Source: Sphingobacteriales bacterium
GTDB taxonomy: Bacteria > Bacteroidota > Bacteroidia > Chitinophagales > JADIYW01
Length of the DNA: 43,686 nt
Direction: 5' to 3'
NCBI GenBank assembly: GCA_043757615.1
Contig: JAYVPA010000210.1
Location: 1-43,686 of the forward strand
The notes under the pieces are model-generated. The model saw nothing but the letters and a program-made list of their open reading frames with translations, was not told where the DNA came from and did no database searches. Each line of letters begins with the position of its first letter. The stretch's first letter is position 1. A program made the position numbers and the translations under genes. Of this stretch, positions 37,127-43,686 are shown piece after piece.

Positions 37127-38056
37127 ATGAAGAAAGTCATTACAATTTTACTTAGTATTTCCATCGGACTATTATTTATAGTGTCTGCCGCAACAAAAAT
37201 TTTCCCGATGGAACCGTTCGAATATCAGTTTGTAGATATTGGCATTGCTTCCTGGAAAACTGCTCCATACATTGCACGTTTCTTTATTGGCATGGAATTC
37301 TTTTTAGGCATGTTACTGATATTAAATATCGCGCTTAAAAGATTTACTTTAAAATTCGCTGTAGCACTACTGAGTATTTTTTCCATCTATCTTATTTATA
37401 AAATTATTACAGAAGGAAACACAGGCAACTGCGGTTGTTTTGGTGAGACCATAAAAATGTCTCCACTGGAAGGCATCATAAAAAATGTTGTATTAATAGC
37501 AGCCTGCATAGTTTGTTATCTTTCATCAGAAAATGATTTGTGGAATTCCACCTGGAAAAAAATAGTCATTCCGGTTTTATTTACCGGTGCTATGTGCCTT
37601 GGTTTCTTTGTATATCCAATGGATGCAAAGTTTATTTCTTCCATGGATAAAACTAATATCAACTATAAAGTTCCGTTGGAATTAATGTATGGTGACTCAC
37701 AAAAAGAAAAACCAAAAATTGATTTAACTAAAGGAAAACATATCATTGCATTTTTGAGCCTTACATGTCCGCACTGCAGAATAGCAGCGAAGAAATTACA
37801 TGTGATACACAAAAAGAATCCTGAGATTCCTATTTACATCGCATTAAACGGCGATAAAAAATTATTGCCTGAGTTCTTTGATGATACCAACACGCAGAAT
37901 ATACCGCATAATTTATTTTTAGGACCAAAAGACTGGATGCAGGTAGCAGGACTTAGTCTACCAAACATTATGTATGTAGATAATAGCATCGTCCAAAAAA
38001 AATGTGATGGCAGAGAAGTTGACCAGGATGATATGGAAACCTGGCTGAAGAAATAA
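37127..38056 (+). CDS. DoxX/MauE-like membrane domain fused to a thioredoxin-like domain
   Basis: TM domain with NCGCFG (MauE/DoxX motif) and a C-terminal soluble domain with CPHC. Confidence 0.8.
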   Translation: MKKVITILLSISIGLLFIVSAATKIFPMEPFEYQFVDIGIASWKTAPYIARFFIGMEFFLGMLLILNIALKRFTLKFAVALLSIFSIYLIYKIITEGNTGNCGCFGETIKMSPLEGIIKNVVLIAACIVCYLSSENDLWNSTWKKIVIPVLFTGAMCLGFFVYPMDAKFISSMDKTNINYKVPLELMYGDSQKEKPKIDLTKGKHIIAFLSLTCPHCRIAAKKLHVIHKKNPEIPIYIALNGDKKLLPEFFDDTNTQNIPHNLFLGPKDWMQVAGLSLPNIMYVDNSIVQKKCDGREVDQDDMETWLKK

Positions 38057-39367
38057 TTACTGCATGATAAAGCGCTGCGAATATATTTTATCGCCATTAG
38101 CAACAGATAAATAATAAGAACCTTTTTCTAAAAAAGAAAAATCAAACTGATACAAATTATTATCTGACAAAAATTCTTTCATTTGTTTTTCATAAATTAA
38201 AGTTCCAAGAATATTATACAACCTGAATACTGTTTTAGGTTCAAATAATTCTTCAGAAACAGTAAATTTTCCATTATTCGGATTGGGGAAAAGACTGATT
38301 TGCTGATTTTGATTTTCTTTTACATCTGTCATTATATCAGGCACTTCATACACATTTATGATTTCAAAATGAGCTGAATCAAAATCCTTATTCGCAGCAA
38401 TTCCCCTGACGTGCATTATATTATTAGTTAATTCGTAATCATAATCTATGTGAATATGCCCGGTCATCCAAAGACCTAAGTTATTACGATAAGGCGTCAA
38501 GTCACTGATTATTTTATTGTATTCATTCGCATCGAAAACAAAACCTGATGCAATAAAGAAAATATTATCGGTAGCAGGATGATGCGAAATAAAACAAACA
38601 TTGTGATTTCTTTTTCCCGGATTTATAGCAAGATCATTTTTCAGCCATTGAAACGTTCCACCCGACCAATCCATCACCTGCGCTTCGGGGCCAATGCCCG
38701 GTTCCGCCTTATTGACGTGATAACGCGGATTAAAATCCAGTCCGTAAAAAATAAAATTATCATACTCAAAAGAAAAATTCTGCAGGTAAGTTTCTATATG
38801 CGTTTCGGGATTATAAGTTCTTGTCAGACGTGTACCGTCATTCCAGTTAGTGAAAAATAATTTGTCTTTATCATACACATCTGCAAACACTTCGCCCATT
38901 ACAGAATCCCCGCAGGCATAAGGTGCTTCTGTCTGGTAGCGCACATACGGCCAGATATCGTGATTTCCGATAACAGGAACATAAGGCATATGCAGGCTGT
39001 CCATAATTTTCTTACACGTCTGAAATTCTGATTTCTCTGCACTTCCGGTTAAATCACCGGACATTACAACAAATTTTATGTTCTTATCCTGCTCGTGATA
39101 ATTTATCCATTTAACCGCCTGTCGCAATCTTCTTGCAGGAAAACTGGTATCCATTGAAGGCATAGTATCATTAAAAAAACCCGGGGTTCCATAATCGCCC
39201 TGATCTTCGCCAATATGCACGTCAGAAATATGAACAAATGAAAATTTATAAACAGAGCCGGGTAGTGTCTTATTCAGATTATATTCAGGCATGTTATTTG
39301 TTTGAGCAAAGGAAAAAACAAAAACAGTAGTATAAAATAAGAGCTGATATATTTTAAAAGAGGTCAT
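38057..39367 (-). CDS. Calcineurin-like metallophosphoesterase with a T9SS type A C-terminal sorting domain
   Basis: SDVHIG, SGDLT, GNHD, HHP and GHIH motifs; C-terminus ISLFPNPNNGKF...LEKGSYYL...QRFIMQ. Start taken at ATG 39367. Confidence 0.88.
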   Translation of the reverse strand: MTSFKIYQLLFYTTVFVFSFAQTNNMPEYNLNKTLPGSVYKFSFVHISDVHIGEDQGDYGTPGFFNDTMPSMDTSFPARRLRQAVKWINYHEQDKNIKFVVMSGDLTGSAEKSEFQTCKKIMDSLHMPYVPVIGNHDIWPYVRYQTEAPYACGDSVMGEVFADVYDKDKLFFTNWNDGTRLTRTYNPETHIETYLQNFSFEYDNFIFYGLDFNPRYHVNKAEPGIGPEAQVMDWSGGTFQWLKNDLAINPGKRNHNVCFISHHPATDNIFFIASGFVFDANEYNKIISDLTPYRNNLGLWMTGHIHIDYDYELTNNIMHVRGIAANKDFDSAHFEIINVYEVPDIMTDVKENQNQQISLFPNPNNGKFTVSEELFEPKTVFRLYNILGTLIYEKQMKEFLSDNNLYQFDFSFLEKGSYYLSVANGDKIYSQRFIMQ

Positions 39368-39490
39368 TTTAAATAATTGTATGCTAAATTTAGTTAAAAT
39401 GCATGAATTTTCAGTTATCCACAGCACAATAGTATATTCTGTTTTGACGTTCAAGGTAAAATATTAATTTTGTTAAAATATTTGTAGGTT

Positions 39491-40201
39491 ATGGGAATAC
39501 TTTTGCAAGCAGCAACACAGGTAGCAACGACAGTTGTAGATACGGCTAATTCAATTATGCCGGCAACTGCTGCGCCGATTAAAGAATTATCTGTTTTAGA
39601 ATTGTTGACTAAAGGAGGGTTCATTATGTATCCATTGGTTGCTTTTTTAGCAATCGCTATATTTTTTATTATTGAACGATATATCTTTTTCAGACAACGA
39701 TCAAAAATTAATGATACGCTCGTGCGTGATGTACTGGATAAATTATATTCAGGAAATATACAAGGTGCGGATGCATTATGTACTGCTGATAAATCTGCCT
39801 TAGGCAATGTATTGCAGGCTGGTATATCTCAATTAGGAAAACCAATAGACCATATCGAAAAAGCATTAGACATTCAATCCAGTATTGAATTGAATGAAAT
39901 GGAAAAACGCATGAGTTGGATCAGTATGATTTCTGGTGTGGCTCCTCGTTTAGGTTTCATCGGTACTATCTTAGGTGTTATTAAGATATTTTACAGTATC
40001 GCGCAGTCAGCAGATATTTCCATTGGTACCATCTCTGCTGGTTTATATCAAAAGATGATTACATCAGCTACCGGTTTAATTGTCGGTGTAGTAGCATTTA
40101 TGGGGTATCATTTTCTGTTGACGCTGATTGATAATTACTCCATGAAATTGCAGAAACAGATTTTTGAATTTGTAAAAGGCATTCAAAAACCGGTAAAATA
40201 A
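39491..40201 (+). CDS. exbB: MotA/TolQ/ExbB proton channel protein
   Basis: KGGFIMYPL, APRLGFIGTILGVI and ITSATGLIVG motifs. Confidence 0.9.
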   Translation: MGILLQAATQVATTVVDTANSIMPATAAPIKELSVLELLTKGGFIMYPLVAFLAIAIFFIIERYIFFRQRSKINDTLVRDVLDKLYSGNIQGADALCTADKSALGNVLQAGISQLGKPIDHIEKALDIQSSIELNEMEKRMSWISMISGVAPRLGFIGTILGVIKIFYSIAQSADISIGTISAGLYQKMITSATGLIVGVVAFMGYHFLLTLIDNYSMKLQKQIFEFVKGIQKPVK

Positions 40202-40246
40202 TTCCTCACTTCGTTCGGAATGACAAACTCCGTTCGGAATGACAAA
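40201..40246. repeat. REP-like half element with a 16-bp direct duplication
   Basis: ATTCCTCACTTCGTTCGGAATGACA; CGTTCGGAATGACAAA occurs at both 40212-40227 and 40231-40246. Confidence 0.7.
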
Positions 40247-40256
40247 AAAGAAGATT

Positions 40257-40655
40257 ATGAATATCAAGAAAAGAAGACCCTTTCACGATGAAGATGCCAT
40301 GGCGTCTATGAATGATATCATGTTCTTTTTGATGTTGTTTTTCCTGATTATTTCTACGCTTGCAAATCCAAATGTAATTAAGCTGATGCTTCCAAAAGCG
40401 AACAGCACAGACCAGTTGGCGAAGCAACCCGTTACCTTATCTGTAAAAGCAGATAAAAGTTATTATATCAATACTACGCAAATTCCATTTGACGGACTTG
40501 AAAATGCGTTAAGTGCTGCTTTAGCTAATAATCCCGATCCAACCGTAGTACTGCGTGTTGCAGAAAATCTGAGCATTCAGGATCTGGTAGATATCATGTC
40601 TATTGGTGCAAAACTCAAGCTCAAGATGGTATTGAGTACCGACAAAAAAAATTAA
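40257..40655 (+). CDS. exbD: Biopolymer transporter ExbD/TolR
   Basis: Single TM MASMNDIMFFLMLFFLI with the conserved Asp; follows exbB. Start taken at ATG 40257. Confidence 0.9.
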   Translation: MNIKKRRPFHDEDAMASMNDIMFFLMLFFLIISTLANPNVIKLMLPKANSTDQLAKQPVTLSVKADKSYYINTTQIPFDGLENALSAALANNPDPTVVLRVAENLSIQDLVDIMSIGAKLKLKMVLSTDKKN

Positions 40656-41575
40656 ACTACTTTCTTTATGAATGCCTGTATATCATAATAGGCTTGCATA
40701 CTTTCAGAAGATAAATTTGGGAGATTAAAAAATCCATGTACTAACTTTTGATAGTCTTTATACAAAACAACATTTCCGTTTTCTTTTAGTTTATCCGCAT
40801 ATTCTTTTCCTTCATCTTTTAATGGATCATATTCTGCTGTCAGCACAAATGCAGGTGCCAGGTTTTTAAAATCTTTATGATAAATGGGTGAAACTTCAGG
40901 ATTCAAACGGTCTTTTTTATCTGGTGTGTATGTTTGCTGAAACCACAGGATAGTTTTTTTCGTCAGCAAATAACCTTCTTTATATCTTTCTATTGAATCG
41001 GATTCTATTTTACCATCAATCCACGGATAGATTAATACTTGTGCTGCAATTTTTATCTTTTTATTCTTTTTAAAATGATGACTAGCACAGGCTGATAAAT
41101 TTCCGCCGGCACTGTCACCTGCTACAATAATTTTTGCAGCATCAATTCCTAATACATCTGCATTATCTGCGATGTATTCAATCACTTTATATGCATCTTT
41201 ATGCGCAGCAGGAAAAGTATGCTCAGGTGCCAGTCTGTAATCTACCGAAATAACAACACAGTCATTCATTTCACACAAACGTCTCGTTACATAATCATGT
41301 GAATCAATATTATACAATACAAAACCTCCACCGTGAAAATATACAATCACTTTTTGTTTAGTTTTATTAGAATTCCTATACAATCGTACCTGAATTCCTT
41401 CAACAGAAAAATCCCTGATCTCCTTAATAGATTTTTTTGTATCCATTAATAACTGACCTATTCGGGAAACCTTAATTGTATTTTCTCTCTCTTTTTTGAT
41501 ATTCTTTGCACTTACCTCACGAATAGGCTGCACATTGTTTACAAACCATAATAAAAAACGAAGTTTCCAATTCAT
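40652..41575 (-). CDS. Alpha/beta hydrolase, hormone-sensitive lipase family esterase
   Basis: YFHGGG, DYRLAPE, GDSAGG, DPLKDEG and HGF motifs. Confidence 0.93.
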   Translation of the reverse strand: MNWKLRFLLWFVNNVQPIREVSAKNIKKERENTIKVSRIGQLLMDTKKSIKEIRDFSVEGIQVRLYRNSNKTKQKVIVYFHGGGFVLYNIDSHDYVTRRLCEMNDCVVISVDYRLAPEHTFPAAHKDAYKVIEYIADNADVLGIDAAKIIVAGDSAGGNLSACASHHFKKNKKIKIAAQVLIYPWIDGKIESDSIERYKEGYLLTKKTILWFQQTYTPDKKDRLNPEVSPIYHKDFKNLAPAFVLTAEYDPLKDEGKEYADKLKENGNVVLYKDYQKLVHGFFNLPNLSSESMQAYYDIQAFIKKVV

Positions 41576-41621
41576 ATTGTAGATTATCTGTTAACTTTAT
41601 ACAAGATATAAAATAGATTGT

Positions 41622-41855
41622 ATGGAATGGATAACAAAAGATAATAAACTTGTAAGAGAGTTTTTATTTAAAGATTTCAATGAAGCGTTTGCGTTTCTAA
41701 CTAAGATAGCTTTGGAAGCGGAAAAACAAAATCATCACCCCGAAATTTATAATGTCTACAATAAAGTAATTATTTCCCTGCAGACACATGATGCGGGTAA
41801 TATTGTTACAGAAAAAGACCATAAATTAGCTGAAGCAATTGATGCTTGCATATGA
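41622..41855 (+). CDS. Pterin-4-alpha-carbinolamine dehydratase
   Basis: [10 protein letters not shown]...AEKQNHHP...LQTHDAG...VTEKD motif. Confidence 0.92.
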   Translation: MEWITKDNKLVREFLFKDFNEAFAFLTKIALEAEKQNHHPEIYNVYNKVIISLQTHDAGNIVTEKDHKLAEAIDACI

Positions 41856-43686
41856 CCGATTTATTTCCTGCGCCAAATAATTCTGACCTGATTGCTTTAA
41901 CAGAAAAAATGCTGAAAAAGCTGGAAGATTTTATTCCTGAGAATGAAACGGAAGATTTTTGTGAAGAGTTGAAAACTGTTATTAATTTTCATGACCATAA
42001 TTACTATGTAAAAACGGAGTCTGTGATTACCGATTATGATTATGACAGATTATTTAAAAAGCTAAAACAAATTGAAGAAGAAAATCCGAATTTAATTACA
42101 GCAGATTCTCCTACACAGCGTGTGGCTAAAGGATTAAATCAGGAGTTTCCAACGGTACAGCATCTACTGCCTATGATGTCGCTGGAAAATTCTTATAATC
42201 TTACTGACTTAGAAGATTTCGATACGCAGGTAAAAAAAGTATTGTCTGAAAATGCAATGATAGAATATATTGCTGAACCAAAATTTGATGGAAGCAGTAT
42301 CGCATTAGTATATGAGAATGATAGATTAATCCGTGCAGCAACGCGCGGCAATGGTATTGAAGGTGATGAGATCACACCGAATGCAAAAGCTATAAAATCT
42401 ATTCCGCTAAAAGCAGATTTTTCCCGGTTTGGGATTTATAAAATTGAAGTTCGGGGTGAAGTATTACTGGAAACAGCGATGCTGGAGAAAATGAATACTG
42501 GGCGAAAAAAACAAAATGAAATCCTTCGTGCAGAAAACAAAAAAGAACTGGAGCTTTATAAAAATGCCCGCAATACAGCCGCAGGAAGTTTGCGGTTAAA
42601 AGATTCTAAAGAAGTTGCTGCAAGAAAATTAGATGCTGTCATTTATCAGATTGGGTATGCAGAAGATAAGAAAGGAAAAGAAATCACTAATATTTTTGAA
42701 TCGCATAATAAGAATCTGGAAATTTTATCGCAACTCGGATTTAAAACGCCGTTTAAAGAAAAAGGAATTTTCACCTCGATTACCGAAGTTGAAGATTTTT
42801 GCAAGGAATGGGAAAATAAACGCGACTCTTACCATTTTGATATTGATGGCGTGGTGATAAAAGTAAATAGTATTCTTCAGCAGCAGTTAATCGGGAAAAC
42901 TTCGCATCATCCTAAATGGGCGGTCGCATATAAGTTTAAAGCAAAGCAGGCAACATCAACTTTATTGCATGTTGATTTTCAGATTGGCAGAACCGGTGCC
43001 ATTACGCCGGTAGCAAAAATAGAACCGGTGCAGTTAATGGGTGTTGAAATTTCTTCCATTTCACTGCATAACGAAGATTTTATTTTAGGTAAAGATATCC
43101 AACTCAACGATACTGTGATTGTAGAACGTGCCGGCGATGTGATACCGTATATCGTTGGAAGTGTGAAAGATAAACGGATAGGAAAAGAGAAAAAAATAGA
43201 TTTTCCAACAACTTGTCCGTCATGCGAACATAAATTGGTGAAACCAATGGAGGAAAGCGTATGGCGTTGTATCAACCCAAATTGCCCGGCACAATTGGAA
43301 GAACATCTGATTCATTTTGTTTCCAAACAGGCGATGGATATTTTCGGATTTGGAGAGGAAAATGTGCGCACGTTTATCAAGGAAAATATTATTCACAACC
43401 TCACTTCTATCTATCAGATTGATTACGAAAAAGTACGGCAGATAGAAGGATGGAAAGAAAAGTCTATTCAAAATCTGAAAGAAGGAATTGAGACTTCAAA
43501 ACAAAATGCGTTATACAGATTAATTGTTGGCTTAAGTATTCGTCATGTTGGCGGAACAACTGCAAAATTACTGGCAAAACAAGTTGACAAATTAACTGAC
43601 TTTCAAAACTGGACAGAAGAAGATTATTTACATTTAGAAGATATCGGACCGAAAGTAGCACAAGCCTTATTTCAATTTTTTAGGGA
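41852..43686 (+). CDS. ligA: NAD-dependent DNA ligase (partial, runs off the window's right edge)
   Basis: Absent from the ORF track because there is no stop inside the window. Manual translation from ATG 41852 gives HDHNYY...DYDYD...DSPTQRV, EPKFDG (KxDG), ATRGNG, EVRGE, DGVVIK, AYKF, QIGRTG and the CPSC...C.NPNC zinc finger. Confidence 0.96.
   Translation, partial: MTDLFPAPNNSDLIALTEKMLKKLEDFIPENETEDFCEELKTVINFHDHNYYVKTESVITDYDYDRLFKKLKQIEEENPNLITADSPTQRVAKGLNQEFPTVQHLLPMMSLENSYNLTDLEDFDTQVKKVLSENAMIEYIAEPKFDGSSIALVYENDRLIRAATRGNGIEGDEITPNAKAIKSIPLKADFSRFGIYKIEVRGEVLLETAMLEKMNTGRKKQNEILRAENKKELELYKNARNTAAGSLRLKDSKEVAARKLDAVIYQIGYAEDKKGKEITNIFESHNKNLEILSQLGFKTPFKEKGIFTSITEVEDFCKEWENKRDSYHFDIDGVVIKVNSILQQQLIGKTSHHPKWAVAYKFKAKQATSTLLHVDFQIGRTGAITPVAKIEPVQLMGVEISSISLHNEDFILGKDIQLNDTVIVERAGDVIPYIVGSVKDKRIGKEKKIDFPTTCPSCEHKLVKPMEESVWRCINPNCPAQLEEHLIHFVSKQAMDIFGFGEENVRTFIKENIIHNLTSIYQIDYEKVRQIEGWKEKSIQNLKEGIETSKQNALYRLIVGLSIRHVGGTTAKLLAKQVDKLTDFQNWTEEDYLHLEDIGPKVAQALFQFFR

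Noticed and set aside
42193-43661. Several short ORFs listed at the right end, and 36-236 at the left end
   Set aside because: All overlap the partial ligA or patatin reading frames and show no family features.
1-43686. CRISPR array, tRNA/rRNA, transposase, integrase, prophage or defence island
   Set aside because: I saw no regularly spaced repeat-spacer units or recognisable genes of these classes, and the intergenic gaps are short. This was by eye, not by a covariance or HMM search.

Overview
An AT-rich, gene-dense chromosomal window from a Bacteroidota bacterium. The assignment rests on the gldKLMN/porP T9SS-gliding locus, a T9SS C-terminal-domain cargo protein, TAnnTTTG -7 promoter motifs and the absence of Shine-Dalgarno sequences; a Chitinophagales-like lineage is my inference. 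Most content is core or housekeeping: a partial patatin-like membrane lipase, comF, radA, an OmpA/MotB lipoprotein, tatC, yhhN, proC, a CNT nucleoside transporter, uvrC, an Omp85-DUF4271-hemD-porP-gldKLMN cluster, hemW, a TonB-dependent receptor, ferredoxin/FNR, an FMO, exbBD and a partial ligA. I found no rRNA, tRNA, CRISPR array, transposase, integrase or prophage. The less ordinary signals are: (i) two ~140-bp MITE-like elements with shared terminal inverted repeats that supply the stop codons of comF and hemW, plus three other small repeat families; (ii) an intact Ca2+/cation antiporter homolog that has lost both ion-binding glutamates; (iii) a bipolar protein with a histone-H1-like N-terminus and an acidic tail, and a HemD carrying a similar basic extension; and (iv) a lipoprotein fusing a CBM-like domain to a dimethylformamidase-beta-like domain. 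None of these can be shown to be a new system from the sequence alone.
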